Source of the DNA: an uncultured virus (IMG/VR IMGVR_UViG_3300013297_000003)
Taxonomy: Duplodnaviria; Heunggongvirae; Uroviricota; Caudoviricetes
Virus record (IMG/VR): IMGVR_UViG_3300013297_000003
Strand: one strand, 5' to 3'
Length of the DNA stretch: 64,000 nt
Shown here: positions 1 to 8,961 of the stretch, one piece after another
How the letters are laid out: each line of letters opens with the position of its first letter
How positions within the stretch are numbered: the stretch's first letter is position 1
The notes under the pieces: generated by a model
The model's input: the letters and a program-made list of their open reading frames with translations, nothing else
Databases searched by the model: none
Told to the model about the DNA's origin: nothing
Position numbers and translations under genes: made by a program

Positions 1-84
1 CGACCTCGACCTCGACCCCGACCTCGACCCCGACCTCGACCACGACCTCGACCACGACCACGACCCCGACCCCGACCTCGACCT
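1..84. repeat. 14 tandem copies of hexamer CGACC(T/C/A), running off the window edge
   Basis: Read directly: cgacct cgacct cgaccc cgacct cgaccc cgacct cgacca ...; only position 6 varies. Confidence 0.95.
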
Positions 85-117
85 TTCTTGGGCTTCGGCT
101 AATAACGCCTGGCTCAT
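1..117 (-). CDS. Ser-X (X=R/G/W) dipeptide-repeat protein, partial
   Basis: ATG overlaps the upstream TGA (ATGA at 114-117); reads MSQALLAEAQERSRSGSGSWSWSRSWSRSGSRSGSRSRS to the window edge. Confidence 0.7.
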   Translation of the reverse strand, partial: MSQALLAEAQERSRSGSGSWSWSRSWSRSGSRSGSRSRS

Positions 118-461
118 CGCTGGCTCCTGGGCAAGGGGATGCGGAAGATGGTGGCGTCCAAAATGGAGCCGCGACCGATAATCACTTCGCCATCAGGGAA
201 TGGCTCGACTTCATTGAAACTGCCGTTGGCAACCGCTTGAGCAAATCGGCCATCGTCGGCAACCCAAGCACAGTCTTCCAAGACGATTTCCTTGTCGTAG
301 ACCGCCACCAGTCGTCCGGTGTAGTGGTGGGTCACGGTGCGGATGAAGTAGCTCTGGCCAAGGGTCCACGGCAAGGGGCTGGTCGTCGCTGGCTCGTGAG
401 CCGTTAGTAAGGTTCGCAGCAGGTTTTTGGCCTGTTCGAGGCCGAGTTCGTCAATGGTCAT
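114..461 (-). CDS. DUF6948-like small beta protein
   Basis: YFIRTVTHHYTGRLVAV..EIVLEDCAWVADDGRF..EVEPFP motif; RBS GGAGAACCGCAC before ATG 461. Confidence 0.6.
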   Translation of the reverse strand: MTIDELGLEQAKNLLRTLLTAHEPATTSPLPWTLGQSYFIRTVTHHYTGRLVAVYDKEIVLEDCAWVADDGRFAQAVANGSFNEVEPFPDGEVIIGRGSILDATIFRIPLPRSQR

Positions 462-473
462 GTGCGGTTCTCC

Positions 474-512
474 AAAGAAAAGAGAAAGAGGCACACGAGA
501 GCAGCGTGTGCC
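474..512 (-). terminator. intrinsic terminator
   Basis: GGCACACG/CGTGTGCC stem (490-512) followed by a U-rich tract on the minus strand. Confidence 0.6.
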
Positions 513-522
513 GGGTAGAAGG

Positions 523-1416
523 TTAGACAGCGGCGGGCGTCCGTGCATCGGGATAGTAATTGAGGTTGGTGGTTTCGCCACGGCGGTAGGCACACCACGC
601 TTGCACGCTCTTGACCATGATCTCACGGGGCGGAGCGGTGCGGGCGCGCATCATGCCACGTCCCGTCCTGACGCCGATGGTCAGGAGGTACTTGTTGAGA
701 ACCCTGGACGGCGCTTTGTTGGAAGGGTCCGAAGCGTCACGGACGGCGTTCCAGAACTCCTCGGACTGCTGGCGGTGCTTCTTCCAGGTCTTGAACATGG
801 CGGCAGCCACCGGCTTACGGCGCAGAATGTCGCGGTCCCTGCCAGCTCCCTCGGAGCCAGCGCCCACCATGTGGTGCAGCCACAGGATGAACTCCGGGTG
901 CTCTAGGATGAGACTGGCGCGTTCTTCGACAGGCTTCATGCCTTCACTCGCTTCCCACTTCTCAAAGCTCATGCCGGCAGCGGCCAGGTTGATGGTGGTA
1001 GCTACGACATCCTTGAGCTGCGGCAGCGAGCCGGCGAACACCAAGTTGATGTCGCGGTTGGTACGCGCTGAGATTTTGGCATCGAAGGTAGCGTACAGAC
1101 TGGCCACATCTTCCTTGGTGGCGCACTTGTACTTGGACACCACCGCGTAATGGCCGTTGACATCCACATCGCTGCCGGAGAGCAGGGTGGAGGTGTGCTT
1201 GCCGTTAACGCGGTATTCCAGGCGGTTTTCTTCGCAGAAGGCGCTGGCCCATTCGGGAGGGCGGAAGCGATCTTCGCGCAGCTCGGCAGCCAAGAACGTC
1301 ATGCGGCGGTCGTTTAAGGGACGATCTCGCTCGCAGGGCGTCATGTCGCGGAAGCGCTCTGCCAAAGTTTTGGTGATCTTGACCGCCTTGGGTCCGTCTA
1401 CGAGGTCGAAAGACAT
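523..1416 (-). CDS. distant ParB/Srx-like N-terminal domain protein
   Basis: RPL..RR...LA.E...RF...and VNGKHT resembling the DGxHR/NGxHR nucleotide-binding motif; helical C-terminus. Confidence 0.45.
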   Translation of the reverse strand: MSFDLVDGPKAVKITKTLAERFRDMTPCERDRPLNDRRMTFLAAELREDRFRPPEWASAFCEENRLEYRVNGKHTSTLLSGSDVDVNGHYAVVSKYKCATKEDVASLYATFDAKISARTNRDINLVFAGSLPQLKDVVATTINLAAAGMSFEKWEASEGMKPVEERASLILEHPEFILWLHHMVGAGSEGAGRDRDILRRKPVAAAMFKTWKKHRQQSEEFWNAVRDASDPSNKAPSRVLNKYLLTIGVRTGRGMMRARTAPPREIMVKSVQAWCAYRRGETTNLNYYPDARTPAAV

Positions 1417-1442
1417 TACTGACTCCTTGGGAAAGGGATGGG

Positions 1443-1691
1443 TTACGGATTGTTAACTTTGATCTTGCCCGTTGCGGAGGGGAAGAAGTCTGTGGGAAGC
1501 GCCGAGGATAGCTCGACGGTATTATCGAGTCTGATTGTCAGAATGGACCACGGACCTTGGCTGGTCGTGGTGCTGCCGATTGTCTTGGCCATGAGATAAA
1601 GGACTCCGCCACCGCCTGCCGTTAGGTAGTAGTGGGTTTCCTTTTCAGTCGGTTGCTGCTGGGATTGATCGGGGATGATCTTCAGTTTCAT
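1443..1691 (-). CDS. hypothetical protein
   Basis: AAGGAG RBS; ATGA-coupled to neighbour. Confidence 0.5.
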   Translation of the reverse strand: MKLKIIPDQSQQQPTEKETHYYLTAGGGGVLYLMAKTIGSTTTSQGPWSILTIRLDNTVELSSALPTDFFPSATGKIKVNNP

Positions 1692-1900
1692 GAGAGTCTC
1701 CTTGGGGTGTTGTTGTAGAGCTTGTTTGTAATCTGGCAAGAAGCCATATCAACGCCGCATTCTCTGAGGAGGCGGTGAAGAGTTTGGTCGGACGCAGCTT
1801 CTTGCTTTGCTTGGTCTAGGTTGTGGCAGTCATATTCGCGCAGAACCCATGCCAAGCGTTTTTGCTGGCCCTCCTTTCTCTTCTGCTCCTTTTTGCTCAT
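1688..1900 (-). CDS. hypothetical protein
   Basis: ATGA overlap coupling at both ends. Confidence 0.5.
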   Translation of the reverse strand: MSKKEQKRKEGQQKRLAWVLREYDCHNLDQAKQEAASDQTLHRLLRECGVDMASCQITNKLYNNTPRRLS

Positions 1901-2259
1901 TGCGGCTCCTCGATAGGGTTATTGGGATCGAAGCCTTCATCTTCCAGGACGCTGTGGAGAACACCATCGAGCGTGCCAGCGTCTAAGCGGCCCAGCTCGC
2001 CGTTTAAGAGTTCACGGAGGGACATGCCAATCTTGGCCCAGTAAGGACCAAGGAAGCCGTCATCGCCAATGCCGGTTTCATAACGCTCCTGGTGGGCATC
2101 AGCGTAGGAGAGCCAGGAGCGAATCAAGTTGACCATGGCCCGTTCGTGCTCATTGCCGCTGAACATGCCGGAGTCGGCCAGGGCAGCCATATGCCGCACT
2201 TGCCACATCCCCGCCTGGGCCTTGGGCGGGCGGTTAAAGAGGCGTAGTAGGTAGCTCAT
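1897..2259 (-). CDS. hypothetical protein
   Basis: 120-aa ORF, ATGA-coupled. Confidence 0.6.
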   Translation of the reverse strand: MSYLLRLFNRPPKAQAGMWQVRHMAALADSGMFSGNEHERAMVNLIRSWLSYADAHQERYETGIGDDGFLGPYWAKIGMSLRELLNGELGRLDAGTLDGVLHSVLEDEGFDPNNPIEEPQ

Positions 2260-2466
2260 GTTGGGGTCTCGTCAACGCGAACGTCCTTTTCAAGTCGGTC
2301 GCGCCATTGGTTGAGTTCACCGATCACGTTCTTGAGAAAGACGAGCGGAATCCAAGGCTCATGACGCTCGGAGTCCAGAATGACTTGGAGATTATTGAGC
2401 ATCTGAATCACCATTCCATGGCAGAAAACAGCGTCGTATTCTTTCATTGTCATGGGGGATTGGGCC

Positions 2467-2501
2467 AAATAAAAAGAGGCGCTGGGTTGTCCCAGCGCCT
2501 C
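2467..2501 (-). terminator. intrinsic terminator closing the Ub-like operon
   Basis: Perfect 11-bp stem GAGGCGCTGGG/CCCAGCGCCTC with 4-nt loop, then TTTTTATTT on the minus strand. Confidence 0.85.
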
Positions 2502-2552
2502 CCCCTAAACTTCGAGAGGCCCAGCCTCCTTTCTTGTTAGTGGTTAAGCCGC

Positions 2553-3821
2553 TTAGTAATCGACCGCTCCAAGATGCTTGGCCCATTCTGAGTCGTCATC
2601 GGCCAGGGCCTTGAGTTCTTCAGGCGTGGCTGGCTTGGCCACCTTGGTCCAGGTGCCATCGGCGTTCTTCGCCCAGCCATCGTCAAGCTTCTCATCAGCG
2701 CTCTTCCTGAAGGGATGCGCCTCCTCCACCTTGGTCTTATCTTCCAAGGCCAATTCGCCATCCGCGTAGGCGGCCAGCTCTTCGATGGCTTCCAGCTCAT
2801 CGTCCATCTTGGCCTCTTCTTCCCTCATCTTGTCCTCGACCGCCTCGCCCAGATCATCCAGATCGGCATAGCACTCGTTGGCCACGGCGTAGATGGCCTT
2901 GTATGGCTCCTTGTGCATGTTCTCCAGAACGATGCTCATATCGATCCAGGTGAGGTTGTAACCACGGCGCACCTCATCCAGGGCGTTCTCCAGTTTGGTG
3001 GCCCAGTATTCGGTGTGGTTGCGTCCTTTCTTGCCTCCGGCGCTTTGGGAGTAAGGCGTGGAGAAGCCGTTGCCCTGCCAGTTGCCCTGCCAGTTGCCCT
3101 GAGACGAGTAAGGAGGCGTGTAGGCGGGGCGTTCTACCTTAATGACGTTATCCTTCCACCAGGCGGGGAAGGCCCGATCCTTGGCCGCAGGCGTCTTCAT
3201 GTTCCAGTCGAGGATTTCGTCTAGGTATTTGGCCGGGACTTGCTCCTCGACGATGGGGTCCAGAGCGAACCAATCGCTCCAGCACACTTCGGTCATGGTC
3301 TGGGCCAGGCTGGCGCGGCCATCGAGGCTGTAACGGTTGGTTCCCATGCCGCCGACCGTGATGTGCAGTCCCTCCTTGGTTTTCTCATCGGACGCATCGC
3401 CGCCCGACTGAAACGCGCCCATGGAGCAGTGGTGGTGAACCGTGCCCATGCAGCGCCATTCGCCCTCGACCTGGGGCAACTTGTGAAAGGTCGGAATGCG
3501 GTTGGCGTGCTCCTCCAGAATCTTGATCTTCATGCTGGTCCAGCCTTCTTGAGGCAGGACCAGGGCATGCCAGCCTTCGACCTCGTGGTAGAACAGGTGG
3601 ACGACGGTCTCGCTCTTGGTTTCTTGGTAGGACCACTCCAAGAAGGCCAAGATGTCTTGCCAGAGGGTGGCAATGGGGATGCGCCAGCCGGTCCAGCGGT
3701 GGCAGGGGGCCTTGGCCTCGACGATGTTGACGGGTTCGCAAATCAGCCACGGACCAGAAATCCGTGGGTTCTTGGCGACCGAGTAGAACTTGTTATCCGA
3801 CGTTTTCAGGAGGGTGGTCAT
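2553..3821 (-). CDS. JAB/MPN+ metalloprotease (prokaryotic deubiquitinase-like, PRTRC protein A-like) with acidic C-terminal extension
   Basis: Upstream Glu (SETVVHLFY), LPQE, and GTVHHHCSMGAFQSGGDASDE = HxH-x7-S-x2-D JAMM motif; GLHITVG. Confidence 0.85.
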   Translation of the reverse strand: MTTLLKTSDNKFYSVAKNPRISGPWLICEPVNIVEAKAPCHRWTGWRIPIATLWQDILAFLEWSYQETKSETVVHLFYHEVEGWHALVLPQEGWTSMKIKILEEHANRIPTFHKLPQVEGEWRCMGTVHHHCSMGAFQSGGDASDEKTKEGLHITVGGMGTNRYSLDGRASLAQTMTEVCWSDWFALDPIVEEQVPAKYLDEILDWNMKTPAAKDRAFPAWWKDNVIKVERPAYTPPYSSQGNWQGNWQGNGFSTPYSQSAGGKKGRNHTEYWATKLENALDEVRRGYNLTWIDMSIVLENMHKEPYKAIYAVANECYADLDDLGEAVEDKMREEEAKMDDELEAIEELAAYADGELALEDKTKVEEAHPFRKSADEKLDDGWAKNADGTWTKVAKPATPEELKALADDDSEWAKHLGAVDY

Positions 3822-3929
3822 GGTGTCCTTGGGGGTAAGCGGTAGGTTTCGAGGAGTGAGCGGTAAATTTCAACTTGCTCTGGAGTCATATTGAGCACGG
3901 CGGCTATGTATGACTCCAGAGCACTGTGA

Positions 3930-5930
3930 TCAAAAGGGAGCTGGCGTTTCCGCCTCTTCCTCCTCTTCCGGTTCGTTGTCGTACTCATCGCCGCCATCGT
4001 CTTCGATTTCTTCCTCGTCTTCGACTTCGGGCTGCAAGTCAACGGGAGGCGCAGGAGTCTCATGCTCCGGGTTCAGTTCTGGATGGGTTTCGAGGAAGGT
4101 TTCCAGGAGACCGTATCCTTGGCCAAACTCAAAGTTGTTGGTTTCCGAATCGGTCGATTCGTGATCTTCCGTGTCTTCGTCGTGCGTCTCGTCCGTGTTG
4201 GCATTGTCGCGGGCTTGTTCTTCGAGATATTCCCTCATGGCCTCGTAAGCGCCGTCGAGGTCGCCGTTAGACTCTTCGAGCCACTCGCGCAGTTGCTCAT
4301 CCGTGACACGCAAGTTGGCGCTCATGCTATTGGTGCGTGAGTAGCGGCAACGGCCATACTCGATCTCCGTATAGGTGACTTCAATCCGATGCGTCACCGG
4401 GGCCACGCGAGCGGGCGCTATGTTGACCACAGGCGCAACTTGGGGAGGAGTGGCCGGTGCTTGGGCGGCAGGCGGCACGGCCTTGCCCGGTTTATAGTTG
4501 GTGCGGATATAGTCCGCGATTTCGATGGCCGGCACTTCTTCGGGAATGTAGAAGTCCGACCCGCTCTTGTGGAAGTGCGCCAAGCACATCCCTTTGACCT
4601 GGGGATTGCCCGGATACTGCGTGACCATCTCATAGAGCGTGGCCGGGAGCATTTGGCGCAGTTCCAGGGGGCCGGGCGGGGCAATGGGGGGCAACGGGAT
4701 GCCGTTCATGCAGTCTTTAATCTGCTGCTTGCCAAAGACAGGGAGATCGTGGCCCGGATGGTCGCTGGCCAAGATTTCCTTGGAAGCGAGCTGGGCCGTA
4801 TCCACATCGGTGGTATAGAGCGTGTGGTAGTGCCGCACGCCGAGAGCGCCTGCCTGCAAGCGTCCATCGGGCCGGACGGCACCAAAGCCTATGACCAGGA
4901 AGAAGCCGTTCTCGCCATAGTCGGCCAAGAAGGGGAAGGGAAACACGGGCTTATAGGGAGTCTGGCGCAGGGCAGCGGTAAACTCATCTTGATTCCACAC
5001 GGGCAGATCGGGGGCGGTCATGGACATACCAAGCAATGTCTTGGCATTGCCCTGACAGAAATGGATGGTGCCCATGTCCACAGCGCCGTGGGTGCCATCG
5101 GCTCTCGCTTCGTCGGAGTTTCTGCACAGCCAATACGTTGACGAAAGAGTGTATTTGTAAAGAAGCGGGTAGGTGATTTGTCTGGCAGCCGGATTGGCTT
5201 GTTGCGCCTCATAGGCTCGCCAGGCTGCTTCGGCCTGTTCTTGGGTAAAGACGGGCAGATCAGGGCCGGTGGTGGTGATGCCCATAAATGCCTTGCACCA
5301 TACTTGGCGCTCGGAGTCGGTGCAGCCGAGCGGGATGTCGTGGGCACGGCTGGTGATTTCAGCGGGCGTTCGGGCCAGCATGTGGCGCGGTCCGCCATAG
5401 ACGAGGATGCAGGGGATCGGGTTGGTGAGCATGGGTGGTCCTTGGGTAGATGGTATTGGTTGCGGCGCAACTGGAGCGCCAGCCAAGAGGCGTATTTCCT
5501 CGGAGTCATAGATGCGGATATTGGGGAAGCCAAGTTCAGCGGCTTTTTCGATGGCCACAGCCTCGTCGTTGCCCAGGTATTTGAAGTTGTTGTCAACAGG
5601 ATCGTTGCCTTGCTGGTTGATATTGTGGATAAGGCAGTAGATGGTGTTGACGGACTGGTAGCGCTCAATGCAGGGAAAGAGCGGCGCAGGCTCTTGGTAG
5701 TTGTCCAGTTGCTCTGGAGTGTAGATTGGGATGAAGGACGGATCGGCGGGGACCAGCGTGGGATAATTCTCGTGCAAGTATTCCATGGCCTTTTGGCGGA
5801 TCGTCGCTGGGTCTTCTTGGCCCCAAGCGACAAAGCCTTGGCCGTGGTCTGGGCAGTGGGATTCATCGGCATAAATCCACGGGCCAACGCGTTCTAGTTT
5901 CTGAATGTAGGGAAACGGTGGATGAGGCAT
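3930..5930 (-). CDS. 666-aa protein with five tandem ~70-aa repeats and an acidic C-terminal domain
   Basis: Units begin P-[FIY]-P-hydrophobic and end [IL]-[PR]-[IV]-[YFW]-x2-[EQD][QE]; AAGGAG RBS. Confidence 0.75.
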   Translation of the reverse strand: MPHPPFPYIQKLERVGPWIYADESHCPDHGQGFVAWGQEDPATIRQKAMEYLHENYPTLVPADPSFIPIYTPEQLDNYQEPAPLFPCIERYQSVNTIYCLIHNINQQGNDPVDNNFKYLGNDEAVAIEKAAELGFPNIRIYDSEEIRLLAGAPVAPQPIPSTQGPPMLTNPIPCILVYGGPRHMLARTPAEITSRAHDIPLGCTDSERQVWCKAFMGITTTGPDLPVFTQEQAEAAWRAYEAQQANPAARQITYPLLYKYTLSSTYWLCRNSDEARADGTHGAVDMGTIHFCQGNAKTLLGMSMTAPDLPVWNQDEFTAALRQTPYKPVFPFPFLADYGENGFFLVIGFGAVRPDGRLQAGALGVRHYHTLYTTDVDTAQLASKEILASDHPGHDLPVFGKQQIKDCMNGIPLPPIAPPGPLELRQMLPATLYEMVTQYPGNPQVKGMCLAHFHKSGSDFYIPEEVPAIEIADYIRTNYKPGKAVPPAAQAPATPPQVAPVVNIAPARVAPVTHRIEVTYTEIEYGRCRYSRTNSMSANLRVTDEQLREWLEESNGDLDGAYEAMREYLEEQARDNANTDETHDEDTEDHESTDSETNNFEFGQGYGLLETFLETHPELNPEHETPAPPVDLQPEVEDEEEIEDDGGDEYDNEPEEEEEAETPAPF

Positions 5931-5992
5931 GTTATCTCCTTGGGGGGAAGAAACGGGGCAAGTTGGCGGTCCTTGCCCCTGGCGCGGAAAGG

Positions 5993-6658
5993 TTACAGTT
6001 TGTTCTCGATCTTGGGCCGACGGGTCACGAAAATGGCCCAGACGGTGTACACGAGCACGATGACGCCGGCGCGAATGACGTTCCAGGGGAGGTCATCGAG
6101 GGCCGGGAAGTCGATCAGGTGGGACAGCGGGTTCTCCGAGGGGCTGGTGGTCATCTTGTCGGCGAAGAGGACGCCGAGCATTAGCGACCACACGACAGCG
6201 CCATGCAAGTGCTTCTTGATCATGCTCAGGATGGGCTTGATCCAAGCAAAGCGCGGTCCACGGGGCGTGGCCGGGCCGGGCACAGGAATGCCCAGGGCAC
6301 GCAGAGCGGCCACAAGTGGATCAAGGTCGCCTTGAGGCTCCGGCGCTCGTCCTGGGGGCAATCCGAGGCTTTCCTGGGCCTCGTGGCGCGTGCCATCAAA
6401 GTTGACCACCTCATCAGTGCCGCCGTAAGTGCCGCACTCACATTCGTGGTCGGCGTTGTAGGCAGTTTCGCACTCCGAGCAAATACCATCGGCGAAACCG
6501 AGGTGTTTGCCCTGGCAATCGGTGATCTGAAGACGGGTTTCGGACATGGGAGACTCCTTGGGTAAAGATACGGGTTTGAGAGGCATAAAGATGTACGCAA
6601 TGGCGCAGCAGGTGAAGACGCAACAAAAGGACAATACTGCAACGTCAAGTGGGGTCAT
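5993..6658 (-). CDS. Cys-cluster (Zn-binding?) membrane protein; alternative start at 6547
   Basis: CSEC..H.CEC cluster and two C-terminal hydrophobic segments. Confidence 0.55.
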   Translation of the reverse strand: MTPLDVAVLSFCCVFTCCAIAYIFMPLKPVSLPKESPMSETRLQITDCQGKHLGFADGICSECETAYNADHECECGTYGGTDEVVNFDGTRHEAQESLGLPPGRAPEPQGDLDPLVAALRALGIPVPGPATPRGPRFAWIKPILSMIKKHLHGAVVWSLMLGVLFADKMTTSPSENPLSHLIDFPALDDLPWNVIRAGVIVLVYTVWAIFVTRRPKIENKL

Positions 6659-6825
6659 TTGGTTAGCTCCTTCGCCGCATTGGCGGCGGTACAGGCGGAA
6701 ATCCAGAAACCGGCTCCAATGAGCCACAAGATCATGAAGATGGGAACGACCAGGGCGGTGGCCATGCCCACGAGCCAGAAGACGAGCAACAGGAAATGGC
6801 CAGTGAGGCGGAACATCTTGTTCAC
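6655..6825 (-). CDS. small membrane protein (56 aa, absent from ORF track)
   Basis: GTG with AAGGAG RBS; MNKMFRLTGHFLLLVFWLVGMATALVVPIFMILWLIGAGFWISAC..; coupled to both neighbours. Confidence 0.6.
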   Translation of the reverse strand: MNKMFRLTGHFLLLVFWLVGMATALVVPIFMILWLIGAGFWISACTAANAAKELTK

Positions 6826-7082
6826 GAAACTACTCCTTGAAATTTGGCCATGATTTCGTCGATCTCTCGTTCCAGAACCAGAGATGACGAGTAAGAACCG
6901 GCGATCTTGGCGATAGCGCTAAGAGCGTCTTGTTTGTAGAGGGCGCTTGCTGGTACGCCATAGGACGCATAATTGGCAAGGGTGGCGGAGATGCCCACCA
7001 GTTTGTTGATGGCGTCGAGCTTCGCCTGGACATTGTTGTCGCAGCTTTCTCGTTCAGATTGTTCGTCTCTGTCATGTTGCAT
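6822..7082 (-). CDS. hypothetical helical protein
   Basis: AGGAGG RBS before ATG 7082; overlaps the E1 stop. Confidence 0.55.
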   Translation of the reverse strand: MQHDRDEQSERESCDNNVQAKLDAINKLVGISATLANYASYGVPASALYKQDALSAIAKIAGSYSSSLVLEREIDEIMAKFQGVVS

Positions 7083-7860
7083 TGGATGCCTCCTGCCCGC
7101 TGAGGAAACCTTGGTCGTCAGGGTTGATGCGAATGTGGGTGGACCCAAACTCGTCCCTGGACAACTCGATCACCTTGGCCAAGCGTTCGCCGTAGGTGAT
7201 GGTGCGGTTAAAGCACCACTTGTTGGTCTTGAGATGGACCGGCCAACTGTTCTTACTGTCACGGTCCAGGCCCTTGACGGTCCTGGTGTGGAAGTAAAAT
7301 AATTGGGCCATGAAATCCGCCGAAATCGCGTTGGCCACGACGAGTTGCGGATTCTCGTCGATGGCCTCCTGTCCGGTGCAGCCACCGGGCATGAGAGGAT
7401 CGTTGCGCTTGTTGGTCACGAGGTCAGGGTAGTAAATCCTGGGATCGTTGGGCGTCCCCTTGAGGGCGGGCCAGTAGACGTAAGCCTCGGCATCGAACTC
7501 ATCGTTGCCGCCGATAATGGCCAAGCAGCCAATGGCATCGCAGGTTTCGATAACGGCCAAGCGGCACGGATGATTGTCCGCGCAGCAGAGGAGAACGTCA
7601 TCGGCCTCGATGGCCACATCGTTGCCGGTGTGGTAGAACTCGCCCGTGTAATCGCAGGCCATGTCGAATTGCTTGTACAAGAGGCTGGCTAGAGCCTCGG
7701 CCTTGTTTATGCCGATCATGTCGCGGGGGAAGAACTGGCGGTCCAGGTTCTTCTCCTCGATGTGGTCGCCATCGACCAGCCACAAGGCTTCTCCCAGGGC
7801 CGCGAGGATCATGGCGAGCTTGCCGCCACCCCCTCCGCAGCCAATCACATAAGCCATCAT
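7072..7860 (-). CDS. ThiF/MoeB/E1-family adenylating enzyme
   Basis: VIGCGGGG, VDGDHIEEKNLDRQ, G.NKAE, CCADN..R, candidate catalytic Cys in GGCT..PQLVVAN. Confidence 0.9.
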   Translation of the reverse strand: MMAYVIGCGGGGGKLAMILAALGEALWLVDGDHIEEKNLDRQFFPRDMIGINKAEALASLLYKQFDMACDYTGEFYHTGNDVAIEADDVLLCCADNHPCRLAVIETCDAIGCLAIIGGNDEFDAEAYVYWPALKGTPNDPRIYYPDLVTNKRNDPLMPGGCTGQEAIDENPQLVVANAISADFMAQLFYFHTRTVKGLDRDSKNSWPVHLKTNKWCFNRTITYGERLAKVIELSRDEFGSTHIRINPDDQGFLSGQEASNAT

Positions 7861-7872
7861 GTGCATTTCTCC

Positions 7873-8166
7873 TTAGTAGTTACGGTCAAGGAAGTTGACA
7901 ATCGCCTTGACCTTGGTTTCACGGGTGGCCAAGAGCCTGGCCAGGGCATCACCCACGGCACGAAAGGCTGTCGCTTCTGGCCCGGTCATTTCCACTTCTT
8001 CTGGGCCGTAGCGCAGGGCGTAGATAAACAGGGCGATCTTGTCGCCGTTGCTATCCCTGGCGCTTTTCTTGGCTTTGGCCATGATCTCATAGCCGTAGTC
8101 CAGTGCGCCTTGGACGGGGTTTTCATCCAAGGGAGCGTCAGCCAGGAGTTTGAAGAGTTGGTTCAT
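7873..8166 (-). CDS. hypothetical helical protein between E2 and E1
   Basis: 97 aa, ATGA-coupled to E2. Confidence 0.65.
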   Translation of the reverse strand: MNQLFKLLADAPLDENPVQGALDYGYEIMAKAKKSARDSNGDKIALFIYALRYGPEEVEMTGPEATAFRAVGDALARLLATRETKVKAIVNFLDRNY

Positions 8167-8879
8167 GGCGCTAGAGCCTCCTCAACGACGGTGTTGGAAG
8201 CTCTGGCGCACCAGGCGTTCCAGCCCGGCCCGGTGTCGATGCTGGAGTTATCGAGGGGCGAGAACTGGAACATGGCCTGGGCTAGGGCCATTTTGTTAGC
8301 GAGCAGGTCGGCGTTCCACGAGCTATTCACAAAGCGCCCGTAGCAGGCTTTCCACATGGAGGGTAAGTCCTTGTGCCTGATCTCAAAGAACGGGTCGCCC
8401 AGGCAAACACGCATCTCGTCGTAGACGTTCGGTAATGGCAAACGCCAGTGTCCGGCCACAGTGCCATGGAGCGCCCACAGGTACGGATTGACGGCCCGAT
8501 AATACCCTTCGTCGAGCATAACATGGACGGCGAAGTAGAGTTTCATGTTGGCCGGTGCTTTCCAGAAGGGCGTGGCCTGGATGGCATTGGGCGCACCGTC
8601 GAACTTGGGCAAGAGCTTGCCGCCCTGCAAGATGAACTTGGTGTTGAGCGTCAGGCCAGGGAGCTGGGCCGAGAGGATAATTCGATTGCGCAGGACGGAC
8701 GCCTTGATCCACAGGTCGTCCACTTGGAACGCCATGGGGACGGCGATGGGCTTGTTGTTGACGTACTGGGTGGCGATGGCATCAAAGCCAGCTACGCGGC
8801 CTTGGAGGGTAGCGCGGTGAACAGCGGGTTGGCCGCTCTCGTCTTCTTCGATCCAGTACACGGTTTTGTTGGTTGGCAC
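8163..8879 (-). CDS. prokaryotic E2-like conjugating enzyme (Prok-E2 family D / PRTRC protein B-like)
   Basis: LPLPNVYDEMRVCLG (P-N-V-x5-V-C-x-G active-site signature) and FVNSSWNADL. Confidence 0.75.
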   Translation of the reverse strand: MPTNKTVYWIEEDESGQPAVHRATLQGRVAGFDAIATQYVNNKPIAVPMAFQVDDLWIKASVLRNRIILSAQLPGLTLNTKFILQGGKLLPKFDGAPNAIQATPFWKAPANMKLYFAVHVMLDEGYYRAVNPYLWALHGTVAGHWRLPLPNVYDEMRVCLGDPFFEIRHKDLPSMWKACYGRFVNSSWNADLLANKMALAQAMFQFSPLDNSSIDTGPGWNAWCARASNTVVEEALAP

Positions 8880-8897
8880 GGGTTCTCCTTGGTGGTT

Positions 8898-8939
8898 AAG
8901 AAAAGGGACAGCCAGCGCGGGCGGGCCACTGGCTGTCCC
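8898..8939 (-). terminator. terminator/attenuator between Ubl and E2
   Basis: 11-bp stem GGGACAGCCAG/CTGGCTGTCCC followed by TTTTCTT on the minus strand. Confidence 0.75.
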
Positions 8940-8961
8940 AAGGAAGGGGGATGGGCACCGA

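Noticed and set aside
1..84. CRISPR array
   Set aside because: 6-bp period with no spacers; a coding microsatellite
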